From NCBI GenBank assembly GCA_022824725.1, contig JAJDZH010000178.1:1-40911 (forward strand): a DNA stretch of 40,911 nt. Direction: 5' to 3'. The position numbers and the translations under genes were made by a program. The notes below the pieces were generated by a model. The model did not search any database. It saw only the letters and a list, made by a program, of their open reading frames with translations, and was not told the origin of the DNA. The DNA is from Thermoanaerobaculia bacterium. GTDB taxonomy: Bacteria; Acidobacteriota; Thermoanaerobaculia; Multivoradales; Multivoraceae. Positions 1-15,841 of the stretch are shown here, one piece after another. The first letter of the stretch is position 1. The number at the start of each line of letters is the position of its first letter.

Positions 1-1938
1 GCCGAGGACGTCGCCGTCGGACCCGGTCCAGCGTTCCCAGCCGAGGGTCGCGGCGGCCTCGACGGCGAGCCGGCGGCGGACGCCGGGGGGCAGGATTTCG
101 TCGCGGTACTCCTGGGGCTGCGCGGCGAAGGCCTCCCAGGAGGGCATGCTGACGACGCGGACGGCGTGGCCTTCCGCCGCAAGCTCCGCCGCAGCGTCGA
201 GGCTGGGGGCCACCTCGGAGCCGGTGGCGATGAGGATGAGATCGGGCTCGCCGGCGCCGTCGCTCACGACGTAGGCGCCGCGGGCGACGCCCTCGAGCGC
301 TCCGTCGACGGTAGCCTCCAGCACGGGCAGCTTCTGGCGGGTCAGGACGAGGGCGCAGGGGCCCGGCGTCTCGAGCGCCAGGGCCCACGCCGCCGCGGTC
401 TCGTTCGCGTCCGCGGGCCGGACGACGACCAGCCCCGGCACCGCGCGCAGGTGCGCCAGGTGCTCGATCGGCTGGTGGGTCGGTCCGTCTTCGCCCAGGA
501 AGACGGAGTCGTGGGTGAAGACGTAGATCGCCCGGAGCTCCATCAGTGCGGCCAGCCGCAGACTGGGCTTCAGGTAGTCGAGGAAGCAGAGGAAGGTGCC
601 GCCGTACGGGCGGAACAGGCCGGAGAGCGCCAGGCCGTTCATCGCCGCCGCCATCCCGTGCTCACGCACACCGAAGCGGAAGTGGCGCGTTGGCGCGCCG
701 GCGGCGTAGTCGCCCTCGCCTTCGAGCAGGGTGTTGTTCGAGCCGGTCAGGTCGGCCGAGCCGCCGGCGAGCTCCGGCACCAGATCCTTCAGCGCGTTCA
801 GTGTCACGCCGGAGGCCGAGCGGGTGGCGATCGGGCCGTCGGCGGAATCGAACCTGGGCAGCGCATCGCGCCAGCCGTCCGGCAGCCCAACGGCAAGCCG
901 GCGGTCGAGTTCGGCCGCGGCGTCCGGGTACTCGCGGCGGTAGGACTCGAGCAGGCGGTTCCATTCGGCGACTGCCTCGGCCCCGAAGTCCGCGGCAGGC
1001 GCGAACGCCTCGCGGGCCGCCTCGGGCACGAGGAACTCGGGTTCGAGCGGCCAGCCCAGGGCCTCCTTGGTGGCCACGACTTCGTCCGCGCCGAGTGGCG
1101 CGCCGTGCGACGCGGCGCTGTCCTGCTTGTTCGGGCTTCCGTAGCCGATGTGGGTGCTGACCTGGATCAGGCTCGGCCGGCCCGTCTCCGCCAAGGCCGC
1201 CTCGAACGCCGCGTCCAGTGCCTCGATGTCGTTGCCGTCGTCGACCGACAACGTGTGCCAGCCGTACGCCTGATAGCGCGCGAGCACGTCCTCGCTGAAG
1301 CTCAGGTCCGTCGGACCGTCGATCGTGATCCGGTTCGCGTCGTAGAGGACGTTCAGCTTGCCGAGGCCGAGGTGACCGGCCATGGAGCAGGCTTCGGAGG
1401 CGACGCCCTCCATCAGGTCGCCGTCGCTGGCGAGCACCCAGGTCTTGTGGTTGAACAGGAGGTGGTCCGGCCGGTTGAAGCGGGCGGCGAGCAGTTGCTC
1501 GGCGATCGCCATGCCGACCGCGGCGGAGATGCCCTGGCCGAGCGGACCGGTCGTCACCTCGACGCCGGGGGTCAGGCCGTGCTCGGGGTGGCCCGGGGTG
1601 AGCGAGCCGTACTGGCGGAAGTTCCGGATCTCGCCGAGGCTCAGGTCATAGCCGGCCAGGTGCAGGAGCCCGTAGATCAGCGCCGAGGCGTGGCCGCAGG
1701 AGAGGACGAAGCGGTCCCGGTTCGGCCACCGCGGATCGTTCGGCGCGAAGCGCAGGTACTTCGTCCACAGCAGCGCCGCCATCGCGGCCTGACCCATCGG
1801 CGCGCCGGGATGGCCGCTGTTCGCCCGCTCGACCATGTCGACGGCGAGGAATCGCAGCGTGTCCGTCGCGACGTCCAGCGGCGCACGCTGCGGCGGCCCG
1901 CCGGCGTCGGCGGTTCCGGCGGCCTCGACCTGACTCAT
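1..1938 (-). CDS. tkt: Transketolase (3' end runs off the window edge)
   Basis: Not in the ORF track. Manual minus-strand translation from ATG 1938 gives ...[22 protein letters not shown]...[15 protein letters not shown]...TPGHPE...VTTGPLGQG..., the classic transketolase N-terminal motifs. Confidence 0.96.
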   Translation of the reverse strand, partial: MSQVEAAGTADAGGPPQRAPLDVATDTLRFLAVDMVERANSGHPGAPMGQAAMAALLWTKYLRFAPNDPRWPNRDRFVLSCGHASALIYGLLHLAGYDLSLGEIRNFRQYGSLTPGHPEHGLTPGVEVTTGPLGQGISAAVGMAIAEQLLAARFNRPDHLLFNHKTWVLASDGDLMEGVASEACSMAGHLGLGKLNVLYDANRITIDGPTDLSFSEDVLARYQAYGWHTLSVDDGNDIEALDAAFEAALAETGRPSLIQVSTHIGYGSPNKQDSAASHGAPLGADEVVATKEALGWPLEPEFLVPEAAREAFAPAADFGAEAVAEWNRLLESYRREYPDAAAELDRRLAVGLPDGWRDALPRFDSADGPIATRSASGVTLNALKDLVPELAGGSADLTGSNNTLLEGEGDYAAGAPTRHFRFGVREHGMAAAMNGLALSGLFRPYGGTFLCFLDYLKPSLRLAALMELRAIYVFTHDSVFLGEDGPTHQPIEHLAHLRAVPGLVVVRPADANETAAAWALALETPGPCALVLTRQKLPVLEATVDGALEGVARGAYVVSDGAGEPDLILIATGSEVAPSLDAAAELAAEGHAVRVVSMPSWEAFAAQPQEYRDEILPPGVRRRLAVEAAATLGWERWTGSDGDVLG

Positions 1939-2058
1939 CGACGCGTGGTTCTCGTGGGTCGTGGGCGCGGCAGGCGAAGGCGGGGCGAGAGGCCGGTCAA
2001 GCGGCGCCAAGCATATACGCCGCCAGCCGGACGAAGACGCGGCTCCTGCGGTCCTCCG

Positions 2059-2580
2059 TCAGGGGCGCGAATCGAGGTAGCGGTCGACCGCTTTCTCGAG
2101 TGCGGCGCTTCGCAGCCCGTTCTCCTTGGCGCGGGCCCTGGCCGCTTCGCGGTCCTCGCCCTTGCCGGCCACGAGGTAGGCGTAGTAGAGCGCGCCGACC
2201 CGGTTGCCGGAAGCGCAGTGCACGAGAGCCGGTCCATCCAGCTTCTGCATCGCCTCGATGAAGCGCTCGAAGGTCTCGGGCTGCTCCATCCGCTCGCCGT
2301 CGACCGGCAGGTTCAGGTACGGAATGTCCAGACTTTGCAGCGCCGCGGGTTCGTCGAAGCCGCGGTTCTCGCCCTCGGCGCGCAGGTCCAGGACGAAGGA
2401 AAGCCCGTCCGCGGCCATCGCCTCGAGCTGTTCCTCGGTGGGCTGGCCGCCGAAGAGAACGCCCGGTTCCGGGTGCTTCGCGCCCCGCAGCCCGTGGTCC
2501 TTCTGCTCGGCGAAGGCAAGGGAAGCGGTGAGAACCAGGGCCAAGGTGGACAGAACACTCCCAAGGGAGAAGCTACGCAT
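2059..2580 (-). CDS. Secreted CX5R protein, DUF442/TIGR01244 (phosphatase-fold, sulfurtransferase-like) family
   Basis: GGQP, VLDLR and LVHCASGNR motifs. Signal-peptide-like N-terminus MRSFSLGSVLSTLALVLTASLAFA. A GGAGG SD lies upstream of ATG 2580; the ORF track uses 2634. Confidence 0.8.
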   Translation of the reverse strand: MRSFSLGSVLSTLALVLTASLAFAEQKDHGLRGAKHPEPGVLFGGQPTEEQLEAMAADGLSFVLDLRAEGENRGFDEPAALQSLDIPYLNLPVDGERMEQPETFERFIEAMQKLDGPALVHCASGNRVGALYYAYLVAGKGEDREAARARAKENGLRSAALEKAVDRYLDSRP

Positions 2581-2633
2581 CGGAGAACCTCCTCCGGATG
2601 CCGGCCAGAAGGCCGGCGCACCCAGTGTTTTCA

Positions 2634-2975
2634 TCAGAAGAACCCCAGTTCCAGTTTGGCGGCCTCGCTCATCATCGCCGGATTCCAGGTCGGGTCCCAG
2701 ACCACCTCGACCTCGGCGCCCTCGACGCCTTCCACGTCGCGAACGGTCCGCTCCACATCGCCCGGCAGCGACTCGGCGACCGGGCAGTGCGGCGAGGTCA
2801 GCGTCATCTGCAGCTTGACGTGGGCGTCCTCTTCGATCCGCACGTCGTAGATCAGGCCAAGCTCGTAGACGTCGACCGGGATCTCCGGGTCGTAGACGGT
2901 CTTGAGCGCCTCGACGATGCGGGCCTCGAGGGCCGCCATGTCCACCGGGACTCCAGTCGTGGCAGTGTCGTCCAT
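2634..2975 (-). CDS. sufT: SUF-associated DUF59/MIP18 Fe-S assembly protein (SufT-like)
   Basis: VYDPEIPVDVYELGLIY, MTLTSPHCPVA and WDPTWNPAMMSEAAKLELG motifs; lies at the end of the suf operon. Confidence 0.9.
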   Translation of the reverse strand: MDDTATTGVPVDMAALEARIVEALKTVYDPEIPVDVYELGLIYDVRIEEDAHVKLQMTLTSPHCPVAESLPGDVERTVRDVEGVEGAEVEVVWDPTWNPAMMSEAAKLELGFF

Positions 2976-3003
2976 TCTCCGTTCCTCCCGTCGACCGTAC
3001 AGC

Positions 3004-3456
3004 CTACTCGGTCGTCACGGCTTCCGAATCCCCGCCCTCGAGGGCGGCCCGGAGCGCGTGCCAGGCCAGCGTCGCGCACTTGATCCGCACCGGGTAGTCC
3101 TTGACGCCGCTCAGCACCTCCAGTTTGCCCAGGTCGATGTCCCCGGCCCCGTTGCCCTCGCCCGTCATCAGGGCCAGGAAGGAAGCGATCAGCGCCTCCG
3201 CCTGCGGCCGCTCCAGCCCGCGGACGGCCTCCGTCATCAGGGAGGCCGAGGCGGTCGAGATCGCGCAGCCGACGCCTTCGAAGGTCGCGCCGTCGACGCG
3301 GTCGCCGTCCATCCGCAGGTAGATCTTGACCTGGTCGCCGCACAGCGGGTTGTAGCCCTCGGCGCAGGCCGTCGCCGGATCGAGAGCCCCGAAGTTCCGG
3401 GGCGAGCGGTAGTGGTCGAGGATGACCTGCTGGTAGAGATCGCGGAGATCGGACAT
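3004..3456 (-). CDS. sufU: SufU (NifU/IscU-like) sulfur-transfer protein
   Basis: MSDLRDLYQQVILDHY, NPLCGD, GCAISTASAS and RIKCATLAW; start reassigned to ATG 3456. Confidence 0.93.
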   Translation of the reverse strand: MSDLRDLYQQVILDHYRSPRNFGALDPATACAEGYNPLCGDQVKIYLRMDGDRVDGATFEGVGCAISTASASLMTEAVRGLERPQAEALIASFLALMTGEGNGAGDIDLGKLEVLSGVKDYPVRIKCATLAWHALRAALEGGDSEAVTTE

Positions 3457-3485
3457 GGTGTTCGGCCCTGCTCCCTGAAGGCCGT

Positions 3486-4766
3486 TCAGCCGAAGATCCG
3501 CCGCACTTCGTGCAGGCCGGAGACGAGCAGGTCGACCTCCTCGTGGGTGTTGTACATACCGAACGAGGCTCGCACCGTCGCCGGGACGCCGAGCCGGTCC
3601 ATCAGCGGCTGCGCGCAATGATGACCGGCACGGATCGCGATCCCCTGCTCGTCGAGGATCGTTGCCACATCGTGGGGGTGGGCGCCGTCGATCACCAGCG
3701 AGACGACCGCGGCGCGGACCGGTCCGGCGTTCGAGGCGTGGCCCAGAACGTTGACCCAGGGCAGATCATTCAGGACTTCCATAGTGTGGGAGAGCAGTTC
3801 GTGCTCGTGCCGCTCGATCCGCTCCAGACCGATCGACTCCAGGAACTCCACCGCGACGCCCAGACCGATCGCCGGCGCGATTGCAGGCGTTCCCGCCTCG
3901 AAGCGCTGGGGCGGCGCCATGTACCCGCTGCGCTCGAAGGTGACCCGCGTGATCATCGCGCCGCCGCCGTGGTACGGGGGCATGGCCGCCAGCAACTCGT
4001 GCCGGCCCCAGAGCACGCCGATGCCGCCGGGACCGTACATCTTGTGGCCCGAGAAGGCGTAGAAGTCGCAGCCGAGCGCGGCGACGTCGACCGCCATGTG
4101 CGGTACCGCCTGCGCTCCATCGACGACCACGGCCGCGTCCGAGCGGGAACGGGTCAGCTCGACAACGGCCGGGATGTCGTTGACCGTGCCGAGCGCGTTC
4201 GAGACGTGGGCGAGCGCGACCACCCGGGTGCGCTCGTTGAGCATGCCGGCAAACCGGTCCAGATCGAGTTCGCCGTCGTCCGTGAGCGGCGCCGCAAGCA
4301 CCCGGGCGCCGGTCTGCTCGCAGACGAGCTGCCAGGGGACGATGTTCGAGTGGTGCTCCATCTCGGTCAGCAGCACCTCGTCGCCGGGCTCAAGCCGCGG
4401 CCGGCCGTAGCTCTGGGCGACCAGATTCAGGCTCTCGGTCGTGCCGCGTGTGAAGACGACCTCGTGGCTGTCCGGGGCGCCGATGAAGCGCGCGAGCTTG
4501 CCGCGGGCCGCCTCGTAGGCGTCGGTGGACTGCTCGGACAGGGCGTGGACGCCGCGGTGTGCGTTGGCGTAGTAGGTGCGATAGCAGTCGCTGACCGCCT
4601 CGATGACGACTTCCGGGCGCTGCGCGCTGGCGGCGTTGTCGAGGTAGACCAGCCGGTGGCCGCGAACGTTCCGCTCGAGGATGGGGAAGCAGGCCCGCAG
4701 GCGCTCGACGTCGAACGCGGCGGAGTCCCGTTGTTCGTTCCCGACCGCGGCTGCCGGCGCCGTCAT
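3486..4766 (-). CDS. sufS: Cysteine desulfurase SufS
   Basis: YLDNAASAQRP, the PLP lysine motif FSGHKMYGP and the group II RAGHHCAQP motif. Confidence 0.96.
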   Translation of the reverse strand: MTAPAAAVGNEQRDSAAFDVERLRACFPILERNVRGHRLVYLDNAASAQRPEVVIEAVSDCYRTYYANAHRGVHALSEQSTDAYEAARGKLARFIGAPDSHEVVFTRGTTESLNLVAQSYGRPRLEPGDEVLLTEMEHHSNIVPWQLVCEQTGARVLAAPLTDDGELDLDRFAGMLNERTRVVALAHVSNALGTVNDIPAVVELTRSRSDAAVVVDGAQAVPHMAVDVAALGCDFYAFSGHKMYGPGGIGVLWGRHELLAAMPPYHGGGAMITRVTFERSGYMAPPQRFEAGTPAIAPAIGLGVAVEFLESIGLERIERHEHELLSHTMEVLNDLPWVNVLGHASNAGPVRAAVVSLVIDGAHPHDVATILDEQGIAIRAGHHCAQPLMDRLGVPATVRASFGMYNTHEEVDLLVSGLHEVRRIFG

Positions 4767-4770
4767 CCGT

Positions 4771-6141
4771 CTACCCGCCCTGCCCGTTGCTCCGGCCGCC
4801 GTTCAGGCTGGCGAACAGGCGAGCTTCCAGGTCCCGCCGCAGCGGCTCGAACGTCGCCTTGTCGGTGACCTCCCGCGCGAAGGCGTGGACGAGCATGCCG
4901 TGCGCTTCCTCGAAACCGATGCCGCGGGCGCGCAGGTAGAAGAGAGCCTCTTCGTCGAGACGGCCGATCGTCGAGCCGTGGGTGCAGCGGACGTCGTCGG
5001 CGAAGATCTCGAGTTGCGGGTTGCTGTTGGCCAGCGCGGCCTTGGACAGCAGCAGGTTGCGGTTCGTCTGTTTGGCGTCCGTCTTCTGGGCGGCCTGGTG
5101 AACGTAGATGCGGCCGTTGAACACGGAGCGGGCCTGGCCGTCTAGCACGCCCTTGTAGAGCTGGTGGCTGGTCGTGTGCGGCTGCCGGTGCTCGACCCGC
5201 ATGTGGTTGCCCGTGAACTGGGAGCCGGCGAGGACGTAGAGGCCGTCGAGGGTGCAGTCGGCCCCCTCGCCGTCCAGCAGGGCGACCGTGTCGTTGCGTA
5301 CCAGGGCGCCGCCGAAGGCCAGGGAGGAGGACTCGAAGGCCGCGGCCCGGTCGAGCCGGGCATGCTGGAAGCCGAGGTGGAACGCCCCGGCCGCGTCGGC
5401 CTGCAGCCGCGTGTGGCGGACCACCGAACCCGCGCCGCAGACGAACTCCGCCGCAGGGCAGACGAAGTAACCGCCAGCCGCCGGATCGGCGGCGGCGAAG
5501 GTCTCGATGACGGCAGCCTGGCTGTTCTCGCCGGCGACGACGAGCAGGCGCGGGAAGCTGACCTCGATCGAGGCCGGGGCGCCGTTGTCTCCAGCCGCGG
5601 CGTCCGCGGACGGCGCGCTGAGCCAGAGCACCTGGATGGGCCGCTCGAGCGCCGTCCCCGCCGGAATCCCGAGCGCTACACCGTCCTCGAACAGCGCCGT
5701 GTTCAGCGCCGCGAACGGATGGACGCCGGCGTCGGCGCTGCAGGAGGCGCGGCCGTCCACGCTCGCACCCAGGTGCTCGGCGAGGAGCTCGGAGCCGGCG
5801 CCCTCCGGATCGGCGAGGGAGAAGGCGGTCACCCCCTCCGGCGGCGACGAGGCGGCCGGCGCATAGCGGCCGTTGACGAACACCATCCGGTCGCAGTCGG
5901 GGTAGAGAAAGGGCAGGGCGCCGCCTTCCCCCAGCGCCCCTCCGGCCGCCGGCACGGGCCGGGCGCGCAGGATCGGGCCGAGGTTCGTCTGCCGCCACTC
6001 CTCGTCGCGCGAACCCGGAAAGCCGGCTGCTTCGAAGCGCTCGATCGCCTGCTGCCGCCTCGCTGCCACGGGCCCCCCGGCGCCGCGGCCGGCGAAGAGC
6101 TCCAGGTAGGGACCGGTGCGGTTGTCGGCGCCGGAGGTCAC
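4771..6141 (-). CDS. sufD: Fe-S cluster assembly protein SufD
   Basis: EEWRQTNL, QLYKGVLD, PQLEIFADDVRCTHGSTIG and LFYLRARGI; GGAGG SD before the GTG start. Confidence 0.95.
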   Translation of the reverse strand: MTSGADNRTGPYLELFAGRGAGGPVAARRQQAIERFEAAGFPGSRDEEWRQTNLGPILRARPVPAAGGALGEGGALPFLYPDCDRMVFVNGRYAPAASSPPEGVTAFSLADPEGAGSELLAEHLGASVDGRASCSADAGVHPFAALNTALFEDGVALGIPAGTALERPIQVLWLSAPSADAAAGDNGAPASIEVSFPRLLVVAGENSQAAVIETFAAADPAAGGYFVCPAAEFVCGAGSVVRHTRLQADAAGAFHLGFQHARLDRAAAFESSSLAFGGALVRNDTVALLDGEGADCTLDGLYVLAGSQFTGNHMRVEHRQPHTTSHQLYKGVLDGQARSVFNGRIYVHQAAQKTDAKQTNRNLLLSKAALANSNPQLEIFADDVRCTHGSTIGRLDEEALFYLRARGIGFEEAHGMLVHAFAREVTDKATFEPLRRDLEARLFASLNGGRSNGQGG

Positions 6142-6153
6142 GATCCCTCCCGT

Positions 6154-6909
6154 TCAGGCCTCTGCCCGCGCACCGTCGAACCCGCCGTAGCCCTTCTCTT
6201 CGAGTTCGTGCGCGAGCTCGCTGCCGCCGGAGCGGACGATTCGGCCGTCGAGAAGGACGTGAACGTGGTCCGGAACGATGTAGTTCAGCAGCCGCTGGTA
6301 GTGGGTGATGACGACGAACGCGCGGTTTTCCGCCCGGAGCGCGTTGACGCCTGCCGCCACCGTCTTCAGCGCGTCGATGTCGAGCCCGGAGTCCGTCTCG
6401 TCCAGCACCGCGAGCCGGGGCTCGAGCACCGCCATCTGGAGGATCTCGTTCCGCTTCTTCTCGCCGCCCGAGAAACCGTCGTTGACCGGACGCCGCAGCA
6501 GCGCCTCGTCGACGTCGACCAGCGTGGCGCGCTCGCGCAGCAGCTTCAGGAAGTCCATCGCGTCGAGCTCGGGCTCGCCCCGCGCCTTGCGGTTCGCGTT
6601 GACGGCCGCCTTCAGGAAGTAGCTGTTGCCGACGCCGGGGATCTCGACCGGATACTGAAAGGCCAGAAACAGGCCCGCGTGGGCCCGCTCTTCGGGCGCC
6701 ATCTCCTGCAGGTCCTCGCCATCGAGCTCCAGCGAGCCCGCGGTGATCTCGTAGTCCTCCTTGCCCGCGAGAACCTGGGCCAGCGTGCTCTTGCCAGAGC
6801 CGTTCGGCCCCATCACGGCGTGGACCTCGCCGGCGCCCACCTCCAGGTCCACGCCCTTCAGGATTTCCTGTTCTTCGACCTTCGCGTGAAGGTCCGTCAC
6901 CCTCAGCAT
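6154..6909 (-). CDS. sufC: Fe-S cluster assembly ATPase SufC
   Basis: GPNGSGKST, FQYPVEIPGV, GFSGGEKKRNEILQM and LDETDSGLDIDA. Confidence 0.97.
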   Translation of the reverse strand: MLRVTDLHAKVEEQEILKGVDLEVGAGEVHAVMGPNGSGKSTLAQVLAGKEDYEITAGSLELDGEDLQEMAPEERAHAGLFLAFQYPVEIPGVGNSYFLKAAVNANRKARGEPELDAMDFLKLLRERATLVDVDEALLRRPVNDGFSGGEKKRNEILQMAVLEPRLAVLDETDSGLDIDALKTVAAGVNALRAENRAFVVITHYQRLLNYIVPDHVHVLLDGRIVRSGGSELAHELEEKGYGGFDGARAEA

Positions 6910-6981
6910 TGCTCTGTTTCTCCGTATGGCGGCTGAGCAGCCGCTTGCGGTCCCGGCAGCATGCGGCTCCCCAAAATGGGG

Positions 6982-8429
<1,448 letters not shown>

Positions 8430-8430
<1 letters not shown>

Positions 8431-8906
8431 CAGGTGCTGCTCCCGAGCGGAATGAGGGTGGCGGCCCCGGAACGCGGCCGGCTGCCGGCGGACTGTCCGG
8501 AGAGAAAGTCCGGCCGCGCCATGTCCTCGATCGTGACCGCTTCGAGAGCGCCGCGAACGGCCCGGTCGATCCGCTGCCAGTTCTCGCTCACGCGGCAGAA
8601 CGCCTCGTACGAGCAGTCGTCGTGGGAGTGCTCGCTGCACTGGGTCAGGGCGATCGGCCCCTCGAGCGCGAAGATCACCTCGGCGACGCTGATCTCGGAC
8701 GCCGGACGCGCCAGCTCGTAGCCGCCGTGGACGCCGCGGTGGGACACCAGGAGCCCGTTCCTGGCGAGCAACTTGAGGATCTTGCTGACCATCGGCGGCG
8801 GCAGATGCGTCTGCAGCGCCAGTTCGGCGGCCGCGGCCTGCCCCGTCAAGGCCAGTTGGCTCAGCAGGACGATGCCGTAGTCGGCTTGCTTGGTCAGTCG
8901 GATCAT
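8430..8906 (-). CDS. Rrf2-family SUF system Fe-S cluster assembly regulator
   Basis: [26 protein letters not shown] and three C-terminal cysteines (C-x7-C-x5-C); first gene of the suf operon; start reassigned to ATG 8906. Confidence 0.92.
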
Positions 8907-8990
8907 GACGCGTGTCGTCGGAGGCAGAATGTGGCCGACGAACAGGACTCCGATCTCAATCGATCGAGTCCCGGTGCGCGCCACCCCTGG

Positions 8991-9015
8991 AACCGGGACC
9001 CCGTTAGTCCCGATT
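8991..9015. promoter_or_regulatory. Candidate Rrf2 operator, 9-7-9 imperfect palindrome
   Basis: AACCGGGAC-CCCGTTA-GTCCCGATT (8 of 9 positions match), located just downstream of the predicted -10 of the suf promoter. Confidence 0.65.
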
Positions 9016-9018
9016 GGG

Positions 9019-9046
9019 AGACTAGCACGGGAAGGTCGCGTGTCAA
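9019..9046 (-). promoter_or_regulatory. Sigma70-type promoter of the suf operon
   Basis: Minus strand TTGACA-16 nt-TAGTCT, with an extended -10 TG dinucleotide. Confidence 0.7.
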
Positions 9047-9073
9047 TGGGTTGCGCGGACGTGAGTCCCGGCT

Positions 9074-10261
9074 TCAGTCCTTCCCCTCGGCGCCGGACGC
9101 CGGCGCCAGACGCTCCGCTTCCCGACTGTCGCCGAGCAGCACGGCGACCCAGCGGAACTCCTCCGTGTTCTCGAGCAGGATCTTGACCACCATCGTCAGC
9201 GGCACCGACAGCAGCATCCCGACCGGTCCCCAAACCCAACCCCAGAAGACGAGGGACAGGACGACCACCAGGGTCGACAAGCCGAGCCGCCGCCCCAGCA
9301 GCGGCGGTTCGATGAAGTTGCCGATGACCATGTTGACCACCAGGTAGCCCAGGGCGACGAGCAGCGCCCGGCCGACGCCGATCTGGACCATGGCCAGGAG
9401 GGTCGTCGGCACCGCCGCGATGATCGAACCGAGGTTCGGGATGAAGTTGAGAACGAAGGCCACCAGACCCCAGAAGACCGCGAACTCGACGCCCATCACC
9501 CCCACCCAGATGCCGATCAGCAGGCCGGTGACCAGGCTGATCACCGTCTTGATCCCCATGTAGTGCTGGATTTCGTGCATGGCGCGCGCGAAGCGCGCCT
9601 CGGCGCCGGCGCTGCCGAAGGCCGCCCGGACCTTGGGGCCGAAGGACGCCGCCTCGAAGAGGGTGAAGATGACGATCAGCGAGATGACGAGGAACGACGA
9701 AAGGGCCGCCGTCGTCGTCCGCAGCGTCCGGTTCACGAAGTCGACCAGGAAGCCTGGCTCGAAACGCGAGAACAGGGCAAGCGACAGGGAGTCGTCACCG
9801 CCGTCGGTCGCGGCCTGGGCGGCATCCGGGGACTCCGGGTCGACGGCCGCGGCTCCATCGCCTGTGCCGTCCGCCGTCGAGTCCGCCAGCCAACTGGCGA
9901 CGGGCACTCCCCGCTCCTCGAGCCAGTCGCCGCCGTCTTCGATCCACTCCGAGAGCGTGGACTGGATCTCGCCCATCTCGCCCGCGACCTGGTTCGCCGT
10001 GGAAGCGACCAGATAGCCGGCCAGGGCGATGACCAGCAGATCCATCAGGATCGTGCCGAGGACGGCGACGATCATCGGCAGGCCTCGCTGCAGCCAGGTC
10101 AGAACGGGCAGGCTGATCGCGGCGATGAAGACCGCGACCAGGAACGGGATCATGATCGAGGACGCGGCCCGCAGGCCGGCGACCAGGACGACGACGCAGG
10201 CAGCGACCAGAAGCAGTCGCATCGGCGTAACGAGATCCCGTGCCTGATCGTCCCTGGCCAC
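9074..10261 (-). CDS. AI-2E (PerM/UPF0118) family transporter
   Basis: Multiple hydrophobic segments; FVLNFIPNLGS, GNFIEP and FWGWVWGPVGMLLSVPLT. Alternative start is ATG 10222. Confidence 0.92.
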   Translation of the reverse strand: MARDDQARDLVTPMRLLLVAACVVVLVAGLRAASSIMIPFLVAVFIAAISLPVLTWLQRGLPMIVAVLGTILMDLLVIALAGYLVASTANQVAGEMGEIQSTLSEWIEDGGDWLEERGVPVASWLADSTADGTGDGAAAVDPESPDAAQAATDGGDDSLSLALFSRFEPGFLVDFVNRTLRTTTAALSSFLVISLIVIFTLFEAASFGPKVRAAFGSAGAEARFARAMHEIQHYMGIKTVISLVTGLLIGIWVGVMGVEFAVFWGLVAFVLNFIPNLGSIIAAVPTTLLAMVQIGVGRALLVALGYLVVNMVIGNFIEPPLLGRRLGLSTLVVVLSLVFWGWVWGPVGMLLSVPLTMVVKILLENTEEFRWVAVLLGDSREAERLAPASGAEGKD

Positions 10262-10313
10262 TGGCCGCAGTGTAACCGTGCCCGGCCCCTGGGCCCCCGT
10301 GCCCCCCTGAGGT

Positions 10314-12257
<1,944 letters not shown>

Positions 12258-12275
12258 CCGGGTCTCCCTATCGCT

Positions 12276-13865
<1,590 letters not shown>

Positions 13866-13931
13866 CTCTTGCTACCTCGCCACGGTCGAGAGCGAGAAAC
13901 GGTCCCGCCTCACCGTCCAGGCCGTGAACAG

Positions 13932-14006
13932 TGGCTCCTCGGGAGGGATTCGAACCCCCAACATTTCGGTTAACAGCCGAACGCTCTACCGTTGAGCTAC
14001 CGAGGA
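13932..14006 (-). tRNA. tRNA-Asn (GTT)
   Basis: TCCTCGGTAGCTCAACGGTAGAGCGTTCGGCT-GTT-AACCGAAATGTTGGGGGTTCGAATCCCTCCCGAGGAGCCA folds as a cloverleaf with encoded CCA. Confidence 0.97.
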
Positions 14007-14049
14007 AGAATCCGCCTCAAGGCAAACAGCGGCGGGCGACACGGAGTTC

Positions 14050-14079
14050 ATCTTAGGGAGGCTTCAAGCCGACTGTCAA
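14050..14079 (-). promoter_or_regulatory. Sigma70-type promoter for tRNA-Asn
   Basis: Minus strand TTGACA-18 nt-TAAGAT, about 43 nt upstream of the tRNA. Confidence 0.75.
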
Positions 14080-14107
14080 ACCCCCGCCCGAACGCCTTTC
14101 GGCGAAG

Positions 14108-15832
<1,725 letters not shown>

Positions 15833-15841
15833 GACATCTCC

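Noticed and set aside
166-2850. 894-aa plus-strand ORF and other long ORFs such as 4763-8224, 6961-8721, 10332-12785, 16154-18730, 17463-20255 and 36118-38724
   Set aside because: They are antisense or off-frame shadows of well-recognised genes. They are rich in Arg/Gly/Pro/Ala, have no family motifs, and are expected in high-GC DNA where stop codons are scarce.
6910-6981. Small hairpins between sufB and sufC (GCGGCT-GAGC-AGCCGC; CCCCA-AAA-TGGGG)
   Set aside because: Stems this short are expected by chance at this GC content, and there is no U-tract. At most they are mRNA stability elements.
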